Notes: generated by a model from the sequence alone, not told the origin. 64,000 nt of DNA from Candidatus Hydrogenedentota bacterium (GCA_963745075.1 CAVUWV010000001.1:352001-416000); one strand, 5' to 3'; shown: positions 1-10,641, numbered from the stretch's first letter. Numbers and translations are program-made.

Positions 1-1
1 G

Positions 2-166
2 GGGATTCCCGTGGCGACCCTGGCCATCGGCGACGCGGGCGCCGGCAACGCGGCGCTCTTCGCGGCGGCCATTCTCGCCCTACAGGATCCGGCGGTCGGC
101 GAGCGCATTCAGCAATTTCGTGAAACCCAGGCGGAAAAGATCCGCAAGGAAACGTTGGACTATTGA
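2..166 (+). CDS. purE: N5-CAIR mutase PurE, 3' end (partial, runs off window)
   Basis: Manual translation GIPVATLAIGDAGAGNAALFAAAILALQDP...DY* matches the PurE C-terminal motif G(I/V)PVAT.AIG..GA.NAALLA..IL. Confidence 0.9.
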   Translation, partial: GIPVATLAIGDAGAGNAALFAAAILALQDPAVGERIQQFRETQAEKIRKETLDY

Positions 167-175
167 CTGCTAAAG

Positions 176-212
176 CAAGGCCCGGCCGGTTCGTTCATTC
201 GGCCGGGCTTGG
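176..212. terminator. Hairpin between convergent purE and cNMP genes
   Basis: CCCGGCCG...CGGCCGGG stem between the two stop codons. Confidence 0.55.
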
Positions 213-217
213 TGTCT

Positions 218-652
218 TTATTCGCCTGAATGCTCCGCCAATCGCGCGTTCATATCCCGAAGGCGCTTGCTCAACGTGCCGATGATGTTCAGCAGAATGC
301 GGATCGCGGCCCGTTTCGTCATCAGCCGCTGAAAGATCGTTTCGCTGAGAACAAACAGCCGGCAATCTTCCGCAGCGACCGTCGTGGCGCTGCGCGGTTC
401 ACTGTTGATGAGCGCCATTTCCCCGAACATGTCCCCGGGCCGCAAGGTCGTCAGGTGCTTCTTCCCGTCAAAGACGCCCACCGTGCCCCCCAACACCACG
501 TACATCTGGTTGCCGGTCGTGCCCTGGTAGAAAACAGTTTCCCCTTTCTTCACGTCCATGGTCATGCCCTTGGCGAAGATCTTGGCGACTTCCTCCGGGC
601 TCAACCCGCGAAACAGGGGCACCCGCTTCGCCATCTCTGCGTATTTGGCCAT
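218..652 (-). CDS. Stand-alone cyclic-nucleotide-binding domain protein (Crp-type sensor domain, no HTH)
   Basis: GETVFYQG, MYVVLGGTV, GDMFGEMALINSEPRSATTVA motifs; start likely MAKY. Confidence 0.9.
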   Translation of the reverse strand: MAKYAEMAKRVPLFRGLSPEEVAKIFAKGMTMDVKKGETVFYQGTTGNQMYVVLGGTVGVFDGKKHLTTLRPGDMFGEMALINSEPRSATTVAAEDCRLFVLSETIFQRLMTKRAAIRILLNIIGTLSKRLRDMNARLAEHSGE

Positions 653-719
653 CAACATCCGAGTACCCCTCCCGGCGGAATGGTCTTACTGCACGACACC
701 GCGAACGTTCGTTAATTGG

Positions 720-1550
720 TTAGACGACGTAGATGAATCGGCTGCAATTCGAGCACGTGTGAATGTGGCTCGTGTCCTGACGAACCTGCTGCACGAATTT
801 CGACGGAAGGCGCATGAAACACCCTTGACAGGTATCGCCCTCGACCGGAACCAGCGCCGGCGCCCGGCTCTTGGACAAGCGGTCGTAATGCTTCAACACC
901 CGCGGTTCGACGAGCGACCGAATCGCCTCCATGCGCTGACTGATCTGGGTCTTGCCGCTGCGCGCCGACTGAAGCATCTCCTGGCACAACTGCAAGCGCG
1001 CCAGTAGAATCAAGTCGGCGTGACCGTCGGTGACCTTCGAGAGTTCCGGATCCGCCTTCAGCTTGCGCAGATCCTGCTCGTGAGTTTCCGCAAAGGATTC
1101 CGACGTCGCCTCCAGCAAGTCGTACATTTCGTCCGCGGTCTTCGCTTCCAGCATCGCCTTGAGGTGTTGCTTGTCGCTCAAGAGCTTCGCCACCGTTGCC
1201 ACGAAATTCAGGTACGACGTTTGTTCCGTCGGCGGATAACAAATGAGGAAAATCAGGTGCACCGGTTTGCGGTCCACGGCCATGAAATCGAGCCCTTCGG
1301 AAACCCGTCCGACGGCGCACGCCAGCGTCTTCATGCCGGTCACACGCGCGTGGGGCACCGCGATGCCGCGTCCAATGCCCGTGCTCTCCGTAACCTCACG
1401 GGCCATGATTTGGTCGAGGGCGGGTCCGTGACCCTCCATTTTCCGTTTCTCAAAAAGGAGATGTGTAAGTTCTTTGAGGGCGTCCGCTTTTGTAGATGCG
1501 GTCATCTCCGGCAGGATGCACGGCTTCGTAATAAACTTCGTCAGAATCAT
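720..1550 (-). CDS. PTS EIIA (Ntr/fructose-type) domain fused to C-terminal C4 zinc ribbon (DUF164/zf-RING_7-like)
   Basis: RE..ESTGIGRGIAVPHAR EIIA signature; C-terminal YDRL...ALVPVEGDTCQGCFM...CSNCSRF. Start placed at MILTKF. Confidence 0.85.
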   Translation of the reverse strand: MILTKFITKPCILPEMTASTKADALKELTHLLFEKRKMEGHGPALDQIMAREVTESTGIGRGIAVPHARVTGMKTLACAVGRVSEGLDFMAVDRKPVHLIFLICYPPTEQTSYLNFVATVAKLLSDKQHLKAMLEAKTADEMYDLLEATSESFAETHEQDLRKLKADPELSKVTDGHADLILLARLQLCQEMLQSARSGKTQISQRMEAIRSLVEPRVLKHYDRLSKSRAPALVPVEGDTCQGCFMRLPSKFVQQVRQDTSHIHTCSNCSRFIYVV

Positions 1551-1724
1551 ACCTTGCGTTTCCCTTAGCACTAGAGCCCCCTCCATCGGCGCACTTATAC
1601 GGGTACTGCCGTGCACGGGCCCGATTCGTAATATCTGCCCCACAACCAACTTCTGCAAGACAGTTCCTAAGCGCGTAACGCGCTGGATTGCTTAACCCTA
1701 GTGTAGCATCGCCGTCCCCGACAC

Positions 1725-1979
1725 TCAACCGCAGTCGCCGCGCGGTCCCACGCCAACACCCCCATTTAGAATCCCGGAATTGCCTCGGAACGCTGCGCGC
1801 TCGTGGCATGCCTTGGTCGGATATTGGCTTACAAGTGCGTAAATGAACGGCGCCACCACGCCGGCCTGACCGGCGAACCACATGAGTAGCCCCAGGAGCA
1901 TCAGGGCCAGGACGATGGGCGCGAGCCAGAATTTCTTCCGCACGCGTAAAAACAACCAGATTTCTCGAACGGTTTCCAT
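1725..1979 (-). CDS. DUF5989/SxtK-like small membrane protein (3' extension doubtful)
   Basis: FLRVRKKFWLAPIV...APFIYAL family motif; lies downstream of SxtJ-like and carbamoyltransferase genes. Confidence 0.8.
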   Translation of the reverse strand: METVREIWLFLRVRKKFWLAPIVLALMLLGLLMWFAGQAGVVAPFIYALVSQYPTKACHERAAFRGNSGILNGGVGVGPRGDCG

Positions 1980-2039
1980 GACGACAGTCTACTCCGCGGC
2001 CGACCGGAAGAAAAGCGCGCGCCGCCATACGAGCGAAGG

Positions 2040-2444
2040 TCAGAACTGATTTCGGTACCGTTCCCGGTCGGAGGGCTGCTCTTCCGGCGTTTCCCAATAG
2101 GACGCCGCATCCGGCATCCAGTCGCGCTTCAGGGGATCGGATCCGAATACCTGGTTCAACAACCGCGCTGGCGTGATCAGGCCGTAGAAGGCGACCGTCA
2201 GCAACACGCGAGTCATCACCCAATTCAGTGCTTCGGAGAACTTAAGCCACACGGAGAACAATGGTCGCAAGGCAAATGGCGCGAAGACCGCTGCGATCAG
2301 CAATACCAGGGCTGCCGTGAAAATTGCCGGCGACGGCGCGCCTTTCAGCCACCACCGAATTCCCCCCAAAATCGCCAGCGCCGCCGCCATCACGAGGCCG
2401 AAGTTGCGCTGTTCCCGGGGGTCCGATACGTTCACGTCAGTCAT
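2040..2444 (-). CDS. SxtJ-family membrane protein
   Basis: RNFGLVM...P.ALRPL...W...N.VMTRVLL...FY.LITP...G.DPL.R...SYW...NQF family pattern. Confidence 0.85.
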   Translation of the reverse strand: MTDVNVSDPREQRNFGLVMAAALAILGGIRWWLKGAPSPAIFTAALVLLIAAVFAPFALRPLFSVWLKFSEALNWVMTRVLLTVAFYGLITPARLLNQVFGSDPLKRDWMPDAASYWETPEEQPSDRERYRNQF

Positions 2445-2460
2445 CACGAACGGGATCCTT

Positions 2461-4272
2461 TCAGTCCAACTCGAAACGGTTCTGCCAATTCTCATCCTCG
2501 TGCCACAACGGTTGCTGCTTCTTATCCAAGAGAAACGATCCCAGCACAAGGTAGTCCATGTGCGTGCGCATGAAACACCGGTACGCCTCCCGCGGCGTGC
2601 AAACGATGGGTTCGCCGCGGACGTTGAACGACGTGTTGATCAGCACCGGACATCCCGTGCGCGCGTAGAAACTGGATATCAACTCGTGAAACAGCGGATT
2701 GTCCTCCCGCGACACGGTTTGGATGCGCGCGGAGTTGTCCACGTGGGTGACCGCCGGGATCTCCGAACGCGCGACCCGCAGTTTGTCGAAACCCGCGGCG
2801 TTGCGATCGTCTTCCGACAATCCCGTCAGCCGGCTTTCTTTTACGTCGGCCACAAGCAACATGTAGGGACTCTCACCGTCGAGATCGAAGTACTCCGACA
2901 CGTGCTCGCGTAGGACGGACGGCGCAAAGGGCCGGAACGACTCGCGAAACTTGATCTTCAAGTTCAACGTCGACTGCATGTCGCGCGACCGTGGGTCCGC
3001 CAGAATGCTGCGTGCACCCAGCGCGCGCGGCCCGAATTCCATGCGTCCCTGGAACCATCCCACGACCTTTCCTTCGGCCAGGAAACCGGCGATCTTGTCG
3101 CAGAGCGTATCCGCAGCGAGCCGTTGGTGCGGAATCTTTTCCTCAATGACATACGACTCCAGCGTCGCGTCCGTGAAAGAAGGTCCCAGGTAGCTCGCCT
3201 TCTGGCGTCGCCGGTCCGGTACCCGCTCGTTCCCCATGATTTGATGCCAGGCGAACAGCGCGCAACCCAACGCATTGCCTGCATCGCTCGCAGCCGGTTG
3301 AATCCAAATATCGTCGAATGGCCCTTCGCGAAGAAGGCGTCCGTTCGCAACACAATTCAAGGCCACACCACCCGCCAGCGCCAAGTTCTTCAGCCCCGTC
3401 TCCTGATGCACCGTGTTTGCCATAGCCAGCAGCACATCCTCAACGACGACCTGGACCGACCGCGCCATGTCCATTTCCCGCTGCGTGATTCTCGATTCCG
3501 GTTCGCGACGCGGCCCGCCAAACAGTTCGGCAAACCGCGCATTCGTCATGCGCAACCCCGCGCAGTAGTCGAAGTACTCCATATTCAAACGGAAGGATCC
3601 GTCGTCCTTGATGTCGATCAGGTCGCGGCGGATGAGATCCACATAGGTCGGCTTCCCATAGGGTGCGAGTCCCATGAGTTTGTATTCGCCGCTGTTCACT
3701 TTGAACCCCGTGAAGTACGTGAACGCCGAGTAGAGCAATCCCAGCGAGTGGGGAAAATTGATCTGTTTCAGGATCTCGACGCGGTTGCCCCGTCCAACGC
3801 CGTAGGTCGAGGTCGCCCACTCGCCCACGCCGTCCACGGTGACGATCGCCGCCTCCTCGAATGGGCTGGGAAAAAACGCCGCCGCGGCATGGGCCTGGTG
3901 GTGAGAGGTGAACAGAATCTCCCCCTTATACCCCAACCGGCGCCGTATCGTGCCCCGCGTAAACAACTTCTCCTTCAGCCAAAACGGCATCTGGCTGATG
4001 AAGGAACGAAGCCCCTTCGGCGCCGTCGCGATATAGGTCATCAGCAGCCGCTCGAATTTCACGAAAGGCTTGTCGTAGAACACGATACAATCGATGTCAT
4101 CGATATCCAGCGCGGCCCGCTCCAGGCAATAGGCGACCGCGTTTTCGGGGAAGCGCGGATCGTGCTTCTGACGGCTGAAGCGTTCTTCCTGGACCGCCGC
4201 CGTTATGTCGCCGTCCTGAACCACACACGCCGCACTATCGTGGTAAAAGGCCGATATTCCCAGAAGATTCAT
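2461..4272 (-). CDS. O-carbamoyltransferase (NodU/CmcH/SxtI family)
   Basis: LGISAFYHDSAA, QEERFSRQKHD, HHQAHAA, GRMEFGPRALGARSI, KFRESFRPFAPS, NTSFNVRGEPIV. Confidence 0.95.
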   Translation of the reverse strand: MNLLGISAFYHDSAACVVQDGDITAAVQEERFSRQKHDPRFPENAVAYCLERAALDIDDIDCIVFYDKPFVKFERLLMTYIATAPKGLRSFISQMPFWLKEKLFTRGTIRRRLGYKGEILFTSHHQAHAAAAFFPSPFEEAAIVTVDGVGEWATSTYGVGRGNRVEILKQINFPHSLGLLYSAFTYFTGFKVNSGEYKLMGLAPYGKPTYVDLIRRDLIDIKDDGSFRLNMEYFDYCAGLRMTNARFAELFGGPRREPESRITQREMDMARSVQVVVEDVLLAMANTVHQETGLKNLALAGGVALNCVANGRLLREGPFDDIWIQPAASDAGNALGCALFAWHQIMGNERVPDRRRQKASYLGPSFTDATLESYVIEEKIPHQRLAADTLCDKIAGFLAEGKVVGWFQGRMEFGPRALGARSILADPRSRDMQSTLNLKIKFRESFRPFAPSVLREHVSEYFDLDGESPYMLLVADVKESRLTGLSEDDRNAAGFDKLRVARSEIPAVTHVDNSARIQTVSREDNPLFHELISSFYARTGCPVLINTSFNVRGEPIVCTPREAYRCFMRTHMDYLVLGSFLLDKKQQPLWHEDENWQNRFELD

Positions 4273-4592
4273 TTCAGATGCCACTCTTGACGATCGGTAA
4301 CCCCGCGAACGCGCATTGTACGCATGCCTTGAAATACGATCAATTGCCCCTGAACTGCTTGGCAGAATGAAACGCAATGTGGTAAAAATTGTACGTAGGG
4401 TGAGGTAATTGCTGTACATGCCATGACGGGTCTCGGCAGCCATGTGGGGGCGGCCGATTCCACCGAAACACCGATCCGCGTTCGCAAAGTAAGATCGATC
4501 AGGGGGGTATCGCCGTTTTGGGTCTCCCAGTACCAGGACGGCGGCGTGTGGGATTTTGTCAATTGCAACACCAGGAGAGGAGGAGTCTGAAA

Positions 4593-5691
<1,099 letters not shown>

Positions 5692-5734
5692 AAAGTCGAA
5701 CGTCCCGCAATCGCTCGAAAACCTGACAGTTTAC

Positions 5735-5767
5735 CGGCCCGGCGAGGAATCGCCGGGCCGCTTCTCT
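5735..5767 (+). terminator. Rho-independent terminator-like hairpin after the OmpA gene
   Basis: CGGCCCGGCGA-GGAA-TCGCCGGGCCG perfect 11-bp stem followed by pyrimidines. Confidence 0.65.
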
Positions 5768-5799
5768 GTCCTTCGGCGACGGGAGCATTTGCGTTCGTC

Positions 5800-5998
5800 G
5801 TCCTTGCTGTCCTTGCTGTCCTTGTTGTCCTTGCTCGTCCCTGCTGTCCCTGCTGTCTCTGCCGTCCCTGCCGTCCCTGCCGTCCCTGCCGTCCCTGCCG
5901 TCCCTGCCGTCCCTGCTGTCCGTGACTGTCCGTGACTGTCCGTGACTGTCCGTGTGTGTCCGTGTGTGTCCGTGTACTGTCCGTGTGTGTCCGTGTGT
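5800..5998. repeat. Compound tandem array: 13 GTC(C)YTGCY ~9-mers then 8 GTCCGTGNNN ~10-mers
   Basis: Counted directly from the sequence. Confidence 0.95.
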
Positions 5999-6032
5999 GT
6001 CTCCAGACACTTCCACTTCGACTTCTGCCCAC

Positions 6033-6067
6033 TCCCCCTTTGAAGGGGGATCAAGGGGGATGTTCTT
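6033..6067. repeat. REP-like element TCCCCCTTTGAAGGGGGATCAAGGGGGATGTTCTT
   Basis: Same motif recurs at 49307, 49437, 52191 and ~52312. Confidence 0.9.
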
Positions 6068-6127
6068 CCCTGAAGGGCTTGGATTAGATCTCGAAAGAAG
6101 CTCGATTTCCCGAGAAAGTCTCCGGCC

Positions 6128-7492
6128 CTACGCCGCCTCCTCCGCCACCCGCCCCGCTGGTTCGGGCAGTGCGCGAGCGAGCACGACGGGCATCACCACC
6201 AACGCCGCGGCGACGTAGTAGGCCAGGGCCCCGCCCAAACGCCAATAGAGGACACACGCGACAAGCGGTCCGATGGCCCGGGCAAGCGATTCGAGGGATC
6301 GAAATACGCCCAGAATGCGCCCCTGCTCCCGGACGGGCGTGTACAGAGAAACGAGGGCCGACAGGCACGGTCGCACCTGCGCCGATGCCAGCGCCATAAT
6401 GAGCAGTCCCACATAGAAGACTGCGGTGTTCGGTGCAAACCCAACGACCGCGAGGCCGGGCACGGCCAGCATGAGTCCATGGAGCCCCATGCGTTTGGGA
6501 CCGATCACGCCGCTGCGCGTTCGCACATAGGAACCCTGCATCAGGGCCAGAATGATTCCGATGAACAGGAACATATACATGATCTGCTTCGGCCCGTAGT
6601 TGAAACGGTCGGCTGCCAGGAAGGTCAGCGAAAACTCCATTCCGGAAAACGCCAGCAGATACACAAAGTAGATGATGTTGGTCCGGGTCACGCCGGGGTA
6701 TCCCGTGCGGAACAGCGCGACCGGGTTGATGGGACGCCGCGCCGCGAGGCTCGGGCCGGCGTGCTCGAACCGGGTCTCGTGCAGGCGGGTCGCGACGGCG
6801 AACCAGTTGATCGTTGCCAGGACGAAGGCCGCAAAGGCCGCCATGCTGTAGGGATTCACGCCGTAGGTCGCCAAGGACGGCCACGTTTTGGAAAGGTCGA
6901 AGCCGGAGAGGATCCCGCCGAGGGCCGGACCGAACATGAACCCGATTCCAACCGCCAGCCCCAGCACCGCCATCCCGCGCGACCGGCGCTCATCCGGCGT
7001 CACGTCCGCGATAACGGCGCTGGCCGTCGAGATATTGCCGCTCATCAGTCCCCCGATAAACCGCGCCACGACGAGGACGGTGAAACTGCCGGCTACGAAC
7101 CAAAGAGCGTAAGAGAGGGCGAGTCCCGCGATGGAAACCAAAAGCACCGGGCGGCGTCCGTAGCGGTCGGAAAGACTGCCCATGATCGGCGCACAAAAAA
7201 ACTGCAAGATAGCGTAGAGCGAGCCCAGAAACCCGCCGAAAAGCACCACCAACCCCGTGTCCGCGTCCGCGCCGACGGCGTGGCTGAAAGCTTCCAGTGC
7301 GTTGACCACCCCACCCAAAAGGCCCACTGTTCCTTCGTGGGCCAGATAGTACTTCAGCATGCTCGGATACAGCGGAAAGATGATGGAAAACCCGGCCATG
7401 TCCAGAGCGACGATGAGAAAGACGATGCGCAGGACGTGTTTCGCGTCCTGTTCCTTCATGTGACCGGGTGCATGTGTAGCCTTGCGTGACAT
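6128..7492 (-). CDS. MFS transporter, TetA/DHA1-like
   Basis: GSLSDRYGRRPVLL motif A, IADVT..E.R..GM, GPALGG motif C, about 12 hydrophobic segments. Confidence 0.92.
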   Translation of the reverse strand: MSRKATHAPGHMKEQDAKHVLRIVFLIVALDMAGFSIIFPLYPSMLKYYLAHEGTVGLLGGVVNALEAFSHAVGADADTGLVVLFGGFLGSLYAILQFFCAPIMGSLSDRYGRRPVLLVSIAGLALSYALWFVAGSFTVLVVARFIGGLMSGNISTASAVIADVTPDERRSRGMAVLGLAVGIGFMFGPALGGILSGFDLSKTWPSLATYGVNPYSMAAFAAFVLATINWFAVATRLHETRFEHAGPSLAARRPINPVALFRTGYPGVTRTNIIYFVYLLAFSGMEFSLTFLAADRFNYGPKQIMYMFLFIGIILALMQGSYVRTRSGVIGPKRMGLHGLMLAVPGLAVVGFAPNTAVFYVGLLIMALASAQVRPCLSALVSLYTPVREQGRILGVFRSLESLARAIGPLVACVLYWRLGGALAYYVAAALVVMPVVLARALPEPAGRVAEEAA

Positions 7493-7634
7493 GGATTCTC
7501 TTTACAGCGACAGTTAAGGCGAGTAAGGCCATAACAGTATCGAATCGGTACCTCAAAGATCAAACACGCAATACGCCGAGCTGGGATTCGAATACTAAGA
7601 GCGCGTTCCAAAAGTGGGATATCGGCAAAACGTC

Positions 7635-7719
7635 GCGGATGTAGCGCAGGCGTCCCCGCCTGCATCCTTTGGGGCGCTGTCACAGGATTTGTAGGCGGGT
7701 ACGCCTGCGCTACATCCGC
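7635..7719. repeat. GTAG-type REP doublet (REPIN-like)
   Basis: GTAGCGCAGGCGTCCCCGCCTGCA plus inverted copy; related doublet at 19748-19827. Confidence 0.85.
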
Positions 7720-7837
7720 CGCACTTCTCTTTAGGACCGGTAACGATCCCGTTTGAAAACCGCTCTTAGTACACCGCGCACGCGATACTCAGGATCGGCC
7801 TGAGCCCTTTCCTGTCGGAGCCGTACGTCGCCGAAAT

Positions 7838-7945
7838 GGCCCGAAGGGCCTACATACTCATAGCCCCGGGTTGGCCGCCGCGCAGCAAGGCCTACCCGGG
7901 GTATCAATGCCCCAAACACGACTACCCCGAAGGGGTTCAATAACC
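7838..7945. repeat. Palindromic end-like sequence next to the tnpA remnant
   Basis: Short hairpins GGCCCGAAGGGCC, CCCCGGGT...ACCCGGGG and ACCCCGAAGGGGT directly after the tnpA stop. Confidence 0.6.
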
Positions 7946-7952
7946 ACCCGAT

Positions 7953-8090
7953 CTAATCCCACCCATACCGTTCATCAAATGCGACTCCATGCCGTCGCAA
8001 TAACATCCGGAATTCGTCCTGAAACGAAAACCCAATGTGATACTCCTCCTGCTCTCGAATGTATTTGGAGACGCGCCACGCGCATTCCGG
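7953..8090 (-). pseudogene. tnpA: IS200/IS605-family (Y1 HUH) TnpA C-terminal remnant
   Basis: Manual minus-strand translation VSKYIREQEEYHIGFSFQDEFRMLLRRHGVAFDERYGWD* matches the YI..Q..HH...F.EE....L..H...DERY.W tail; HUH-containing N-terminus is missing. Not in the ORF track. Confidence 0.8.
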
Positions 8091-8091
8091 G

Positions 8092-10641
8092 CTAAAGGCG
8101 ATTCGGCGTGATGGCGATGCTATACGGTTCCAACTCGATCGGTTTCATCCCGGGGATCGTCACGATGGCGGGATCGTCGCCGTAGTTCAGCACGGCATAG
8201 GACCCATTCCGAAGCGCGCTGACATACGCCTCGCTCGGTTTCTCGGTCTGCACCATGCGGATCGTGCGCGAATCCAGGACGTCGAGCGTTAGCAGTTCCT
8301 CGGCCATGGCATCGGCCACGCGGTGCGGCGGCTCCCGGTCGTCCGGCACAAAGACGACCCTGCCATGGCCGGTATCGCCGCGCTGCCAACGGTTGAATAC
8401 CGATCGGTCGCCTTCGACGGTGGTAATTGGCTGGGAACGCCATTGCGCGACCAACACGATGCCGCCGCCGCGAACCCACTCGTCGAGTTTGTTCAGCGGC
8501 GCCTCTTCGATCGTTTGGTTCCACAGGAGCAGCAGCACCTTGTACCGCGCCAACGCGCCGTCGAGCACCATCCGTTCGCTGCAAAAGTCGAAGTCGAGTT
8601 TTGGACGCAGCACCGCCACCCGCGCATTGAAGGTGAACGCGTAGAGGTTGCGAAACACCGCGTCGTCGAGTTTGCCCATGGTGTCCGGATACAGCGCAGC
8701 CACTTCGATGAACGGTTCGTCCCGCTGGTCCAGCAGCGGAGCGTATTTCAACCATTTGCCAACCGCCTGGTCGTTGTCCAAGAGATTCGAGTGGTAGTAG
8801 AAGAGATGTTGCCCGTTGTTCACGATGATATTGTATAACCGCGCCACGAGCCCTCGTGCGCTTCCGTAACCCGCTGGCTCCGATCCGAAGGGAACGCCGT
8901 AGAAGCGGGCCGCCGAAGTCATCATGCGGGTCGCGTAAAAATTCTGCGCGTAACTGTCGGTCTCGTTCGTGGCGCGGATGCCACCGTGCACCTTGGCCAT
9001 ACTACGGGTCTGGTCCGTGAAATCCGTGCCGGATTCGACAAAGCCCCAGCCTCCGGAAGATTGGTATATCGCCGTATCCGGCATGGCGTCCCGCGCCCAA
9101 ACCGCCCAATCCTCGCACCAATCGGTCATAGCATCCATGTACCAGTCCACAAAGTCCTTGCGTTTTCGGGGATTCTCCGCGAACTGCGCGATGAAAGGTT
9201 GAATGTCATCGAAGCTGTCGTAGGTTTCATCCCACGCCTTGTCCAGCGCCGCGATGTCCGCGTATCGGGCGCGCAGGTAATCCTGTAAACGTCGTGCCGC
9301 GTAGTCGTCACCGGCCCACCAGCCGATGTGGATGTGTTCCCGTTCGCCCCGGAAGCCCCAATTACCGCCGGCCGGATACTGGGACTCGCCGAAGTTCCCG
9401 CTGGGACCCAGCCGAACGCCGAGCAGTGCGTCCGGCGAACCGTAGTGTTGACCGAAGGCGTTCAGGAATCGGCGGACGTGAGGCGGTTGGAAATCCGTGA
9501 AAATACTCTGAATGTTGTTGCGCTTGCCATGTTCAAGACAAACGAACCCGACATTCTCATCCGATGCGTAAAACCAATTTGGCAGGGCGTACGCGGATCC
9601 CACGATGAGCAATGGAAACCATTTCAAATCGTGCCGTTGCGCTTCCGCTACGATCGCGTCGTAGTAACTCCAGTCGAATGTCCCTTTCTGAGGTTCTACT
9701 GTATTCCATTTGACGTAGCTCTCGACCGCCGTAAAGCCGAGCGCATGCACGACGGGGGACAACTCCCGCATCGCGGCCAGCGTCTCGTCAACATCCCGGT
9801 CGCGCTTCGAATCGACGCCGGCCGTGGTGACGAGTTGCAGCGGACGCTGCAACGCCAAGTGCGGTTGAACCGTTTCAGGAATCTCATTCTCGACCGCGTC
9901 GACCAGTGACGAATCGTCGCCCGGCACGATGGCGATCCCCGTCAGCGCATGGACGCCAAAGACCTCGATCCGGGTGCCCGGGCGTGGGGGAGAGGGCATG
10001 GCGAACAGGGCCCGGCGCGGCGTGCCGGTGTCGAGCGCCGTGTATCCCGCCACCGGCGTGATCGCCGCCGCTTCTCCATTAAACGTGGCGGTCGCATCGA
10101 TCAACGCAATGCCCGCGTCTTGATGATTGATTACCAGGAAGACGCCGTCACTCGGTTCCGACGGCGCGCGGTCCACCCGAAACACAATGCCCCGCCGCGA
10201 AAAGTAGTCCGGATTCGCGCCCGGCCGCAAAACGTCCACGCCGGAAACTGTGTCGCGCTCGACCGGCCGGTCTGCTGCGTTCACCAGGGAGATGCCATCT
10301 TCATGAGTTTCGCCTTCGCGAATGTCAAAGGTTTGCCCGTAGGCGGTCGCACATCCAACGACAACAACCAACAACGAAAGCACAATTCTGATCCCAAAGA
10401 AGACAGTTGAACGAGACCGTCGCGGTCCTTGTCGGAAGACCAAAGCCGGAGCCGGTGGAGTTAGACGTGTGGCACAGCCGCCCCCGGCTGTGGTCTTTCT
10501 GGGTATACGGCGTTCACCCGGATGATGACCAGCACGTCTTGTGGCAACCCTTGAAACAATGGCCTTTCGCGACGATAACATCGCTGTGACTGTCGACTTT
10601 CGGCTGATAGACGTACCGGAAACTATTGGTGCACTCTTCAT
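8092..10641 (-). CDS. Secreted glycoside hydrolase, GH14/GH42-like TIM barrel (true start probably near 10400)
   Basis: VESYVKWNTVEPQKGTFDWSYYD, RLGPSGNFGESQYP (beta-amylase-like), YLRARYADIAALDKAW; signal-like segment LSLLVVVVGCATAYG. Confidence 0.75.
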   Translation of the reverse strand: MKSAPIVSGTSISRKSTVTAMLSSRKAIVSRVATRRAGHHPGERRIPRKTTAGGGCATRLTPPAPALVFRQGPRRSRSTVFFGIRIVLSLLVVVVGCATAYGQTFDIREGETHEDGISLVNAADRPVERDTVSGVDVLRPGANPDYFSRRGIVFRVDRAPSEPSDGVFLVINHQDAGIALIDATATFNGEAAAITPVAGYTALDTGTPRRALFAMPSPPRPGTRIEVFGVHALTGIAIVPGDDSSLVDAVENEIPETVQPHLALQRPLQLVTTAGVDSKRDRDVDETLAAMRELSPVVHALGFTAVESYVKWNTVEPQKGTFDWSYYDAIVAEAQRHDLKWFPLLIVGSAYALPNWFYASDENVGFVCLEHGKRNNIQSIFTDFQPPHVRRFLNAFGQHYGSPDALLGVRLGPSGNFGESQYPAGGNWGFRGEREHIHIGWWAGDDYAARRLQDYLRARYADIAALDKAWDETYDSFDDIQPFIAQFAENPRKRKDFVDWYMDAMTDWCEDWAVWARDAMPDTAIYQSSGGWGFVESGTDFTDQTRSMAKVHGGIRATNETDSYAQNFYATRMMTSAARFYGVPFGSEPAGYGSARGLVARLYNIIVNNGQHLFYYHSNLLDNDQAVGKWLKYAPLLDQRDEPFIEVAALYPDTMGKLDDAVFRNLYAFTFNARVAVLRPKLDFDFCSERMVLDGALARYKVLLLLWNQTIEEAPLNKLDEWVRGGGIVLVAQWRSQPITTVEGDRSVFNRWQRGDTGHGRVVFVPDDREPPHRVADAMAEELLTLDVLDSRTIRMVQTEKPSEAYVSALRNGSYAVLNYGDDPAIVTIPGMKPIELEPYSIAITPNRL

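Noticed and set aside
1725..4272. Saxitoxin biosynthesis cluster
   Set aside because: Only the widespread I/J/K-like triad is present; no sxtA, sxtG or other core genes.
5800..5998. CRISPR array
   Set aside because: Units are 9-11 bp and contiguous, with no unique spacers and no cas genes.
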